A stretch of DNA of 64,000 nucleotides from the human T2T-CHM13v2.0 reference genome, Homo sapiens. The stretch is taken from the NCBI RefSeq assembly GCF_009914755.1, contig NC_060925.1. One strand, 5' to 3'. Shown here piece by piece: positions 38,915 through 53,864 of the stretch. The notes under the pieces were generated by a model. That model was not told the origin of the DNA and did no database searches. It saw only the letters and a program-made list of their open reading frames with translations. A program made the position numbers and the translations under genes. How positions within the stretch are numbered: position 1 is the first letter of the stretch; every line of letters starts with the position of its first letter.

Positions 38915-39687
38915 AAAAGATCAATATTAAAAATTCAATTATATGCCATACAATAACAATGAACAACTTGAAAATCAAGTTAATAATACAATTCCATTTC
39001 AGTAGCATTATAAAGAATAAATATCTAGGAACAAATTTAACAAAGCAAATTCTAAATGTATATGCCGACAATGGCTAAACATTGTCAAAAGAAATTAAAG
39101 AAGATCAAATAAATGGAAAAATCCCTTCATGTATAGGAGACTCAAAATTGTTAAGATGGCAATGCTCCACAAATTGATCAAAAGATTCAATGAAATCCCA
39201 GCAAAATTTTCAGGTGTCTTTTTAAGGAATTTGCCAAGCTGTTCCTACACTTAATATGTAAGCAGAAAGGACCCAGAATAGCCAAAACAATCTTTAAAAA
39301 TAACATGGTTGGAGGACTGACACTTCTGAATTTCAAAATTTATTATAAAGCTGCATTAGTGTAATATTGTCAGGAGAATAAACGTATGGATCAATGGATA
39401 AACATATGGATCAAAATTGAAAGTCCAGAAATAAGCCTTCACAATTACAGTTAATTGATTTTCAACAGAGATGTTAAGAAAATTCAGTGAGAAAAGAATC
39501 ATCTTCTCAATAAGTGGTTCTGGGACCGCTGAGTATCTACATGCAAAAGAATGAAGCTGGGCCCCTTCCTCACACCATATAGAAAATATAAACTCATCAA
39601 CCGAAATGGATCACCAACCCAAATGCAGAGGTAAAGCCATGAAACTCTTAGGAGAAAACATAGGGGTGTATCTTGTATCTTCGTGAG

Positions 39688-41493
39688 TATTTTGTTCTGT
39701 TCAAACTGCTAAAATAACATAGACTGGATGGCTTATAAACAACAGAAATTTATTTCTCACAGTTCTGGAGGCTGGGAAGTCCAAAAGGAAGCCACTGGTC
39801 TTAAACAAGTCCAAATTCCAAGACAGCAAACAATATTAAAACTGAAGTCTCAAGAATAATCTTCTTTGATGCTCTGCCCTCTAGGTCCACTGGTGTAGAA
39901 ATCTCACCCTGCAAATGTGGGCAGCCTTGACTGCATGGCTTTGCTGGATGCTACCCATACAGCAGCTCTCACTGGTTGAAGTTAGATGCCTGCAGTGCTC
40001 CCAAGCTGTAATCACAGGCTCTTGGCTCTGTCTGTATGGGATTGTGGAGTTGGCACTACTCCCATGGATCTGCATTGTCCTAGTGGGGAGTCTCTATGGT
40101 GGCTCTTCCCAACAGCAGTGCTCTGCCTTGGAGATCTAGACAGAGGTAGCTATACCCTCACAGCTTTGCTAAGCACAATGCACACTGCATCTGGCTTACT
40201 GGAGCTGCATCTGGGGTGGCTGCAGAGTGCTGTGACAGAATGTGGGGAACAAGTCTGCCATGTGAGGTGGCACCAGCATTGGTGGCCCCTTCTTTGAAAT
40301 AGTTTTGCCTCCTATGCCCTTGCACTCTGGGACTGTAATAAGAGGGACAGCCTTGATTGCCTCCAAAATGGCTTTAGGGTCATTCTTCCATTGTCTTGGA
40401 TAGTATGTCCTGGCTTCTGTTTAGATGATTGACAAATCTCCCCATTGTCTACAAGAATATCACGTAGCTTTTGATGGGATGGTTGATCCATAATAAACTC
40501 ATTAAGTTTTGTCACACCATTTGTATTCTTTCCCAAAAAGCTTTCTCATTTTCTCCAGTATGGATAGGCTGATAATTTTCCAAATTTTTACATTTTGCTC
40601 CTTTTTGATTAACTATTTCATTATTAAGTCATCTCCTTTCTTGCGTTTTACTATAAGCACTCAATTAAAAAGTCCAACCATGCTGCTCCTTAAATGCTTT
40701 GCTTAGAAATTATCACAGCCAAATATCCAATTTTATTGCTCAAAGTTCTATCTTCCACACATGATTAGGACATAAACATAATTAAGCCAAGTTCTTTGTC
40801 ACTTTATAATAAGGATGGCCTTTTCCCAGTTGTCCAATATTATATTCCGCTCTGTCTGAGACCTCATCAGAATGGCCTCTGCTATCTATATTTCTATCAA
40901 CATTATGTTCATGACCACTTAGATGTTCTCTAAGAAGACTGAGGTCTCTCTACACCCCTCTTCTTCTTCTATTTCTTCATCAAAATTTTCTTTGATGTTC
41001 TGTTCACCGCAATTCAGTCTTTTTCTAGAATGTACCTCAAAATGCTTCAAGCCTATACCCATTACCCAGTTCCAAAGCTGCTTCCATATTTTTAGGTATT
41101 TGTTACAGGAGCACCCCCACTTCTCAGTATCGATTTTCTGTTTTAGTCCATTTGAACTGCTATACCAAAATACCACAATGGGGTAGTTACAAATAAACAG
41201 AAAGTTATTTTAAAGTTTCCAGAAAATTTAATGATTTCCTTTTGGAGCCTGGAAAATCCAAGATTAAGGTGCTGGCAAACTCAGTGTCTGGTGAGGGTCT
41301 TACAGGTTCATGGATGGTTATCCTTTTACTATAACATCACATGTCAGAAGAGACTAGCTTTCTGGGGTCTCTTTTCTCTTTTATAAACACACTAATTCCA
41401 TTCTTGAGTACTCTGCTATAATTATCTCATCATCCTGGGAGTCAGGATTTCAACATATCAACTTTGGGAGGCACTAACACTCAGACCATAGCA
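39688..41493 (-). mobile_element. MaLR provirus (MLT1A/MST-type): partial LTR, internal region, LTR
   Basis: LTR words ATTTATTTCTCACAGTTCTGGAGGCTGGGAAGTCC and CAGACCATAGCA; internal CCCATTACCCAGTTCCAAAGCTGCTTCCA. Confidence 0.78.
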
Positions 41494-42047
41494 ATGATCT
41501 AGAATTAAGGCAAAACTTTCTTACACATGACACTAAAAGAACAAGAGTAAAAATAAATAAATTGAACACCATCAAAATTAAAAACTTTTTTTATTTAAAG
41601 GATGTCAACAAGGAAGTGAAAAGACAACTCATAGGATGTGAGAAAATATAAGAAATGTGAGAAAGTATATAAAATATAAGTCATAAGAGACTTCATCTAT
41701 AATTCTAAGGAACTCTTATATCACTATAATAAAGACAAATGGCCAAATTTAAAAATTGGAGAAAGGATATGAATAGATACATTACTGAGAAGATTAACAA
41801 ATGGCCAATAGTCATATGAAAAGACGCTCAATATCATTAAACATCAGAGAATGCAAATTAAAATCACAATGACATATCACTTCACATTCATTAGAATGGC
41901 TATAACCAAAAGGAAAATACCAAGTAATATCAAAATTGTGAGGAAATTGGAATCCTCATATACTGTTGGTGGAAACGTAAAATGGTATGGCTGCTTGAAA
42001 AATCAATCGGATAATTCCTCTAAAGGTTAAACACAGAGTTATGACAT

Positions 42048-43677
42048 TGTGACAGGATCCTTGGGGTGTTGCTTTGCCAGCTGGAAACCTTGGTGGCTAG
42101 TGGTGGCCTTTGCCAGAGTTTTGCTGGGGATCACTGGGCTCTTTCTTCCCATTTGGCCTGGCAGGCTGCACTCAGTTTGCACTACTGGCCCGAATCCCAT
42201 GCCTGTCAAGGATGAACCAAGTGTGGAGTGGTGAGGGGTGCATGAGTGAGCAAATGTGGGGTCCAGACACACTGGCTGTGGTGGGGCAAGCAGCTCCAGG
42301 TACAGGCACAGGTGTCAGCTCCCTGTGATCCTGAGGCTGGACCAGGTGTACTGCAAGTGGGTTCCACTGCTGGCACCAGGGAACATGGTGGTGCATGGAA
42401 GCTTGGAGATGCCAGAAACTGCAGAGCCTCAAAGAGAGTGTCAGAGACCTGGCTCAGGGAGATCCTAGGTCTGGGCCCCCAAAGGGCTGCAGCTCTTCTC
42501 TTCTCTCCTCCTCTCTTCTCTCTTTCTTGTCACCTGCAATGTGGTAAGCAAGGGGCAAGTTTCAGCCCTGTTTGTGTTACAACTCTTTCAGTCCTGCCGT
42601 TTGGTGGGTCCTATGTTCTTGTCCCACATCCAGGAAGAATGAGGTACACGGACAACTGGAGGGTCAGTAAGGTGATGAGGTGCTTTACTGAGCAACAGTA
42701 CAGCTCTTAGGAGATGGGAAGTGGGTAGCTTCTTTCCGCAGGTAGGTCATCCTGACGAGTGCAGCTCTCAGTGGAGAGGCGAACGAGAGTGGGTAGCTCC
42801 TATCGGCAGGCAGATTGTCTTGTCCAGTGTGTAGCTCTCAGTGGAGAAGATACCTGGAGTGGGTAGCTCCTATCCACAGGCAGGTCGTCTCAATGTCTGC
42901 TCAGCTCTCAGCTACAGGAAACTCAACAGTGGGTAGCTCCTCTCTGCAGGCAGTTCATCCTGATGTCTTCCCGAGTCTGGCTGAGTCAGGGGTTTTTGTG
43001 GGCTTCGGGTGGGAGGAAGTACATGCTGATTGCTCTGTGGGCAGCCATGTGTGGCTGGGAAAAAGCACCATGAGTTCTCATGTTGGTCCATGGAACTGGC
43101 AGCCTGGCCCTCGGGCTTCAGGCTGTCCCAGGCCTGAAGGTGGGGCATTACCAGGGACCCACTCCTTTCTGCCCAGGAGCCTGTCTGCCTCCCACTGCCA
43201 TCAACCTAATGTCCCTGGCACCCAGGATGTTCGTGCTGAGGGGCGCCTTCAGGCCCACACTGAGCCACCCTCAGCTCCCCTTCAGCCTCCCACCAGTGCT
43301 CATCGGCACCCAAAGTCCAGAGAGGGGGCCAAGGCAGCAGGGCCCTGGCATGCCAGCACTTCCCTGAGTGCACGCACACTCAGCTGGGCCAGGACAGGGC
43401 CCAGGCTTGGCCTCAACTTTGTACCAAAATTGGAATGGCAGTGGGAGCGGGGAGAGGCTGGGCAGTGGGAGCAGGCATTTCTGAGTCTGCCAGGGCAGAG
43501 GGACTTCCAGCTTGCCCAGGGAGGCGGGGCTCCCACCCCTCCAACTCAGAAAGGGGCGGGGCTTCTGCCTGTTCTTGGCTCCAGCTGGCCTGTGGAGTGC
43601 ACATCCCCAGTAGTGCCTTCCCAGCTGCAGCCAGTGTCTTTGCAGCAACTGCTCCAGGTGGGTCGTTGCTGTCATCA
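42048..43677 (-). mobile_element. MER52-type (ERV1) solo LTR
   Basis: Termini TGTGACAGGATCC and GCTGTCATCA; internal repeats of GTGGGTAGCTCC at about 70-bp spacing; ACAT/ATAT 4-bp flanks. Confidence 0.82.
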
Positions 43678-45574
43678 ATATGACCTAGTAATTCTACTCC
43701 TAATGTACCCATGGGAAATGAAAATAGCTGTCCATACAAAAACTTGCATGAATTATTCATAGCAACATTATTAATAATAACCAAAAAGTGGAAACAACGT
43801 AAATGTCTATTAGCTGATGAATATATAAATAAAATGTGGTATATCCACACAACAAGATATATTATTTCGTGATAAAAAGGATGAAGTACTAATATGTGCT
43901 ACAGCATGGATAAACCTTGAAAACATTATGCTAAATAAAAGAAACCAGCCACAAAAGACAATAATTATATGATTCCATTGATATGAAATGTGAAGAATAG
44001 ACAAATGTATAGAGATAAAAAGTAGGCTTGCAGTTCCAGGGGCTGGGACTGGGGACAAATAGGAGTGACTGCTAGTGAGTGTAGAGCTTCCTTTTGGGGT
44101 TGATGAAAATGTTTTATAATTGATTTTGGTGATGATTGTACAACTCTGTGGATATACTCAAAACCATTGACTTGTATGCTTTAAGTGAATTCTATGCTAT
44201 GTGAATTATATATAAATAAGTCTTATTTTTAAAAAAGAAAAAGAAAATAAATGTCAGAGTCTTGCTTTTAAGATATGGTTCCTCTATATTCTAAAACACC
44301 TTCACTTAAGGCCATCAACAAATGTATATGATTTATTAAAACAATTTTTTTCTAAAGTTTTGTTAAAGGAAATACATTCAAAGGAACTCTTGTTATAGTA
44401 ATGAAATGAACAGCAGATAAATTTTCATTATACTGGTACCACTTAAATGAAATTCTGTGATAGCAATGATCTGTCCTGTGAGTCTGTCCATGGAAGCTGA
44501 GTACAGTGAATCTGAGAAGCTTTCAAAAACAGCTAAATATTCATTTTAAGTTAAAAACATCAACACTTTAGAAAAAAGCTTGGCAATATTAAGCCATGTT
44601 TAAATTAGTTCATTTAGAGAATTAATTAGGTAATATTTACTGAACAATTATCTCACTGTGCTTAGAGTTTGACCTACTCTGTATTTTCAGTTTTGTTAAA
44701 TAATAAATTTGCTTTTTGTTTTTAAAGAAAATCATTCCTAGATTCCTTTCTTTGGTAGTAGGATTATTGTATCCAGTTTAAGAGAAAAGCAGGCCATAAT
44801 AGGTCACGGAATTACATGCGTATTCCATATCCTTTGGGTTTTGCTAGTCTAAAGATGTTTAAAATCATGTTACCTTATTATTCTAACACATTTATTTGTT
44901 TGTTACAGTAAATGACAGAAGACTTGAAATTGCCAGTTTCCCATAATAGTAAGGAAAACCTTTTTACAAAACGCATATTCTAGTCAAAGCTACGAAGCAT
45001 TATGTTACATTACAAGAACTAACCCAAATATTATTGCGAGAGAGTCCAAATGAAATTATGGGTCAAATTTGGCAACCATATGCTACAACTGAAATTAATA
45101 ATATTAACAGTAATAGTAATAACACAATTAAAATTGATATAGGTCTTTAGTTCACAAATGATTTCACATATATTAGTTTCTTTGATTCTCATAACCTTTG
45201 AATATATATTTCAATTATCTCTACTTTGTTGATGGGAAAATTGAAGCTAATAATTTAAAATACATGCCTGAGTTCTCTAAGCTAGTAAGGAGTTTCATGT
45301 AAAGATCTGTCCATTTGCAGAATAATTGGGTGTTAATCACAGGCTTAGGGTTATAGCCTCTCCATCATATTAGCTATACCTCATTTTAATCACCTAGAAT
45401 TAAGTGCTTTTAGGTTGTAACTGTCATTTGTGCTATTCAAGTATTTTTGACCTCTGACTACTGAGCACAGGGTATGATTGTACTTCATGACCCCCTTTAG
45501 GTTGAGTGGAGCTGCGCAATCATTTCTGGCCAATGAGTCACAAGCAAAAGAAACATGAGTTACTTCTGGGCCAG

Positions 45575-46873
45575 AAGGGGTAGGATGGAAAGCAAAAATT
45601 CTGCAAGTGGATTATTAGGCGTAACAGCAAGAAGAGTCACTCCTACTTCCACTCCTTGATTCCTGGTCCCATGTGTTCTACCTATGGGAGAGACCACACC
45701 ATATAATGGACTCTGATGCAAAGTGTACATTGCATCCTCTAAGATAGAACCCCATTATTTCAGGATGTTGTCTCCAAAATGGCAGCATAACTGAGTCTAC
45801 AGTATGCCAATCCACCTTTCAGTCAAGCCAGCTACTTCCAACCTATGAAATATATAGTAAGAACAGTTGATTTTATGTGCATTAGCCCACAGTGACTTCT
45901 TTCACCATGAAGTGAGTTCCTTGATCAGATGTGATGCTCTATGGAATGCCATGGTGGTGAATAAGACATTCTGTGAATCCATAAATAGTGGTGCTGGAAG
46001 AAACACTAATGGCAGGGAAGGTATATTTATATCCAGATTGTGTTCATTTCAGTGAGGATGAATCTCTACCTACTTCATGAGGGCAGAGATCCAACATAAT
46101 CAACCCGCTGCCAGTTGGCTGGCTTGGCCCCTATATCCCAGGAATGGTGCCATATTGAGGGCTCAGTGTTGGTTTGTGCTGTTGGCAGATTAGGTATTCA
46201 ATGGTTACATTAGCCAGATCAGCCTTGGTAAAGGGATGTTCATGTTATTGAGTCCATGCGTAGACTCCATCCATGCCACTATAGCCACTTAGTTCGTGGA
46301 CACATCAAACAAAGAATATAATGGCTAGGGAGAAAGGTTGACTGACATCCTGGAGTGCATAATTCTACCCTCTTAAAGCTACCTCTGCAGTAGTGGCCCT
46401 CTGGTGGGGCAGTAGTGGCCCTCTGGTGGGCATTTCACATTCACAAATATTTTAATCTGTGGCCATTCTGAAAAGTCAACTCACATACTTCTTCTGTAAG
46501 CTCCCTTTTGACTAATCATCTAAAACTGTTCCTTCCAAGTCCTTGACAATCCGACTAAACTATCTGCAACTACCCATGCATTATATGAACCTGTATTTCT
46601 AGTCATCTCTCTCTCCAGACATATAGATGACCAAATGTCACACTTGAAGTTCTGGTCAATGGGACAATGTTCCTTCACCACTGCCCTTCAGGTTTACCCT
46701 TGAGTGGGGCTGCAGTGCTGCAGCTGCTCTTTTCAGATGGTGCTAGCATATTGTGAAGACCTAGCTCTATGCCAGGCTCAAGGTTTTTCTTCCTCAGTCA
46801 CCTGGTTGTAAGGAGATTCCCAAAATGCCATTTTTGTAGGTCTATCTTCTGGGACCATTCCTGGTAGCAATTC
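45575..46873 (-). mobile_element. Ancient ERVL-like internal remnant (RNase H region)
   Basis: Reverse strand gives decayed RNase H words (ACAACCAGGTGACTGAGGAAGAAAAA; GTGAAATGCCCACCAGAGGGC). Confidence 0.65.
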
Positions 46874-47752
46874 TGTATTGTTCCAGGTCCAGTCAGGCAA
46901 TAAAAATCACACAGTCATTTGAGGAGGCAAAATTTTATATAAAGCATTATTAACAGGGAATTGGAGTGATGAAGAATTAGCTAATGAGAGTCAAAATAAT
47001 TCTAAAAGTACACAAATATAATATAAAATGCGACCACTACCCATAGTGCTGAGATAAGTACCCACGGACAAGCCCTTTCTTGCTAGGAGTGAGATCCAGA
47101 TGTCACCACCTTAGCTCCACCTTAGCTTCCTGAATGTTGGAGAAGTCAATGAAGTACCTCGTGGTAGGACTCAATGGAAATCTACCCTCTGGTAGGTGTT
47201 GAGCTTCAGAACTTGTTAGATGCCAGAAGAAGCTGCTGCCTGTTGGAAACTATCAGACTCAGGAGTCTCACAAAGTCCTCCTCTTCAGGAGTCTAGTGCA
47301 CTGGGTCAGCTCTGGGCTGCTGTGCTTGACAGACGTCAGGGAATGGCTGGACTACAGTGTCCTGGTGTGTGTCCATGCCTGGAACTAAGAAGAGGGAAGG
47401 GGGTGCAGCAACCTGGGCTGGGGGCAGGCCCACAATATCTGGGACTATGCCAACACAGCTGTGTGAGTTTGATAGTGAGTCAAATATCATAAAAAGTTTT
47501 GCCCTACAGGAACCTCACATTGAACAGTGGAGAAAAAGAGCTCTCTGCAGGACACTGGTAAGAGAGCACACCAGAAACATGAAGAGGAAAAACCTTTCCT
47601 TCTGCAGTATCCCTCCAGATTCTCTACTGACAATGTTTAACATCTTGACAGGTGGCAAAGGAGAAATATCTATAAGGCTCATCTCCATTATCACAGAGCA
47701 GGCAATGAGAGTCCATTTGGAGCAGAGAGGCAAAGAATTAACAATCAGCACA
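46874..47752 (-). mobile_element. ERVL LTR (LTR41/LTR52-like)
   Basis: Reverse strand starts TGTGCTGATTGTTAATTCTTTGCCTCTCTGCTCCAAA...GCCTGCTCTGTGATAATGGAG; abuts the internal segment. Confidence 0.6.
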
Positions 47753-48484
47753 CTGACTATACTTTTCATTTCTAGACTTTTTGGTTCTTTTTATAGTCTG
47801 TTGTAGTTATTCTTTTATTTATTTAATAATGTATATTTTGTATATTGTTTATTTAAAGTTCTTTGAGGCTCTACTCCTAAAAGTTTTATATGATGCTTCT
47901 GATCCATGATAGTTTCCTCAAATGCTTTAAATTATGTATTATGATCTCATCTGCAGTATAGTTTTATCTGTTGAAACTGTCGAGAGTGAGTTGAGAAAGA
48001 GATCTTTTTATTTGATTATGCCAGAGTTCCCAGTTATATCACTAACTCAAGAACACTTTTAATATTTTGAACTGTGACTTCCCAAACCATGAGTAAGATT
48101 TTCGGGCAGATATCTTTCCTACGTGGAGCCCAGGCTGATCCAAAAGAGTATTGTTATTGACTGAATCTCTTATAAGTTTATATTTCCCTTATTCCCATGA
48201 TAGCTCAAACACAAACCTTTAGATTATTGAGACCAATCCTACACATTCCACCCTGGGGACAGGCAGACTAGCAGCCCAAATATTTACAAATTTCATTCTC
48301 TGACATAAGGTTACTTTGTTTCTTGTCTCCTTAAAGTTAATTACTTTTTTGCAAATTCAACCATGAATTTAAAGATTCTTGTTACAGTTCTTCAGGATTG
48401 GTAGTGGAAGAATTTTAGAATTATCTGTTCTGCTAAATTCCAAGAGCTGAGAATCCCTGAATATCCTTATAAATCCTCCTTTAT

Positions 48485-48809
48485 ATTTTATTTTTCTTTA
48501 GAGTCTTACTCTGTCACCGGTCCGGAGTGCAGTAACACAATCATAGTTCAGGGCAGCCTCAAACTCCTGAGCTCAAAAGATTCTCACACCCCAGCCTCCC
48601 TAGTAGCTGAGACTACGGGCATGCACACCACCACCAACAGCTAATTTAAAAAAAGTTTTTTTTTTTTTTTTTTTTTTTTTTGAAGCAATGGGGTCTCCTT
48701 ATGTTGCCCAGGCTGGTCTCGAATTCCTGGCCTCAAGTTACTCAAGTTATCCTTCTGCTTCAACCTCCCAAAGTGCTAGGATTACAGGCATGAGCCACCA
48801 TATTTGGCC
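48485..48809 (-). mobile_element. Alu (AluJ-like)
   Basis: Diverged dimer with a long internal T tract. Confidence 0.85.
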
Positions 48810-48869
48810 TCTTTTCTATTTTTAAAGACAACATTATGTAACATTCTTTTCAGTGAGGAGTAAATTATT

Positions 48870-49385
<516 letters not shown>

Positions 49386-49561
49386 TACCTTTCACTGTTA
49401 ATATTACTGATGAGCCTGTAGAGAATAAGGATACTCTGTGGGGCCTGTGACAAGTTCTGAAAGAAAATCAAAAAGACTAATGTTTTAGAGCAAAATGTGC
49501 TCTCTCTGATAGATTTAAGAAACCAGCCATTGGCTTGTTACCAGGTTTTGGCGAAGATGAG

Positions 49562-50027
49562 TGCGTTAGTCTGTTTTGTATTGCTATGAAGGAATACCTG
49601 AGGCTGGGTAATTTATAAAGAAGAGAGATTAATTTAGCTCACAGTTCTGAAGCCTGTACAAGCATGGCATCAGCATTTTCTTGGCTTCTGCTGAGGCCTC
49701 AGGAAGCTTACACTCATGGCAGAAGGCAAAGGGGGCACAGACAGGCATGTCATAGGACAAGAGAGGGAGTGAGCGAGAGAGAGAGATTCAGAAAAAGAGT
49801 CAGAGTGAGAGAGAGAGAGATAGGTGCTATGCTCTTTTTTTTTAAACAATCATTTCTTGTGTGAACTAATAGAGCAAGAACTCACTCACTACCACAGGGA
49901 GGGCACCAAGCCATTCATGAGAGATCCTCCCCCATGACCCAAACATCTCCCATTAGGCCCCACCTCCAACATTTGGGATCACACTTCAACATAACTTTAG
50001 GAGGGGACAAATAGCCAAACAATATCA
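49562..50027 (-). mobile_element. MST-type (MaLR) solo LTR
   Basis: TTGCTATGAAGGAATACCTGAGGCTGGGTAATTTATAAAG...GGGGACAAATAGCCAAACAATATCA. Confidence 0.85.
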
Positions 50028-50044
50028 ACTAGATACATAAGCAT

Positions 50045-51875
<1,831 letters not shown>

Positions 51876-53654
51876 TTATAGTCACGTTTTCCCTACTCTT
51901 CTTCCTCATCCTACCCCTCTTCCTATTTTTCTTGTTTTTGGTTGACAAGCATCAATATGGCCTTTCTATGTTTAGAAAATTCTCTGCCTTAGGAATTTCC
52001 ATGAAACTTGGCCAGATTGGCCAAGCACACATACTCTCCAGGGTTTTAATACTAGAAAAATCAACACAGAGAAACAGGGTGATGGAGACATTTTTGTGGC
52101 AGTAATAGCAGGGAAGTTCTCAGAGGTAGCTGTGGTACTGCTGCCAGGGAAAGCAACTGGAGTCCAGTAACATCAGTGTTAATGACAATATTGACACTGG
52201 TGAAGATGGTGTGGCAACCAGTATCAGGCAATGGTAGCAGCAATGTCTGTACCACTGGTTCTGTGGCCTTGCTTTTGGCTATAATCCAAGCTGTGCAGCC
52301 TTGCTTTATTCTGCCCATTTTCTGAGCCCATTCTCTATGGTTTCTAGCAATTCTGTGAGTTACAGCATTATTAAGAATTTCCTGGTTCAGATTGCAATTA
52401 GAAAACCTTGAATCTTCCTTACTAGTCAGAATAAGCTTATCAAGGAAAAAATAAAGTCTTTTAATAACTTATATTATTTACAGAAATTAGCAGAGAGCAT
52501 TTTGAGAGTACATCTGATACTGTGGTTAATACATATCAGGATCCTCAACCTGAAAATGTTATCATTTACTAAGGAATGGAAAACTTGTACATGAAACAAA
52601 TACAATCTGCAAGATGGAATAAAATTAAATGCTAAATTGAGAACAGACTGTCATTTAGAAAGTCTTTCTGAAAGAGATGGGACTATATTTAATTTCTGAA
52701 GGATGGGCAGGAGATGGCATTTAAAGTACAGAAATCATCAAGCACAGAAACAAATGTGGATACTCATGGGGCAGTGACCAACCTGACTGAAGGGTGGGTG
52801 CACGTCTGAAATCAATGGGAATACATTTGAATGATTAGGAGATAATATATTATTAAGGCCTTGCCTCTAATCAGAAATAAAGATATTCTCTATTTCCCCA
52901 AATAAGGAATTCTTACATAGAGCTTAATGTATTTAAAAATTTTTAAATGGGCCTACAGAAAAGAGGTGGGGCTGACGGAAGTAAATAAAACCTGAAGATA
53001 AATTAAAGAATATATCAACGTGGGCAAAATTTTCCATTAGTTTTGGAACTTAGTTTTGTTTTTGAATAATAAGCAGTTAAATAATTAAAGCTTTGCCTTG
53101 GCAATGCAAGGACTGAAGATTATTTCTCGGTGGCAATTTTCCAGACTTGCTAGTTGTCCTTGGGTCTTGGTAACATTCTGCTCATTAACTTCAGGAAGAC
53201 GTCCAGGAGTAAAGATGCATTTGAAAGTGGCTGAAAATAGTTTGTAAAGCTCAGCTTTCCTGGCTCGACAGTGAAATGACCGCACAGGCCAGTCACTGGG
53301 TCAAAAATCAATTAACAAAACGGGAAGTTTTCATGTCTTTATTTTTACATTAGCTCGAAAATCACAACCAAGAAGAAAGGCAACCACTGAATACAGGAAA
53401 TACAGTATTGTTATTGCTGTTTTTTTTTTTTCTCTTGGCAAGGCTGGGTCGGGTGCCTTCCAGCCTCGCTGTGGATCCCGCGAAGTGGACGGTTCGCTTC
53501 GTGGCTTCTTCCCAGACCCCGCCACTGCGGAAACCGTCACTCGGTGGCCCCCGACTGGGTCAATGCGAGGACGCCCACCTCCTACCTTTGAGTCTCTCCT
53601 CTTCTCCAGGGTACAGCCAACCCTTTCTCCAACGTAGCCGGAGTCCGAGAGTCC

Positions 53655-53805
53655 CAGTTCCGCCCCTCCAGCCCGCCCCAGGCCAGGTGGGGATGCGCCC
53701 GGCCCGGGCCAGCGCTGGTCCCGGCAGTTCCGCGTCTGCGCAGCGGGCGAGGGGCTGGAGCGGGGCCGGCCGGGGAGGTGCGGGAGACGTGGGAGCCAAT
53801 GGGCA
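53655..53805 (+). promoter_or_regulatory. SNX7: TATA-less proximal promoter: Sp/KLF GC boxes and an NF-Y CCAAT box
   Basis: CCGCCC at 53660-53665 and 53673-53678; AGCCAATGG with CCAAT at 53796-53800, about 65 nt before the start codon. Confidence 0.65.
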
Positions 53806-53864
53806 CGCTCGGGGGAGCCGGGCTGGCGGCGGCGGTGGCGGCCGGCTGGGCGCGCACTCTCGGG

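Noticed and set aside
42700-42960. Spaced repeats GTGGGTAGCTCC resembling a CRISPR-like array
   Set aside because: Eukaryotic context, degenerate units with related spacers, and located inside a MER52 LTR.
42815-43762. 315-aa ORF
   Set aside because: Lies antisense within the GC-rich MER52 LTR, starts at TTG, has no domain features, and runs into L1 sequence.
47611-47631. Position of the CTCF site that LTR41-type elements often carry
   Set aside because: This copy reads CCAGATTCTCTACTGAC, so the GCGCCC core is absent and binding is unlikely. The family assignment is from memory.
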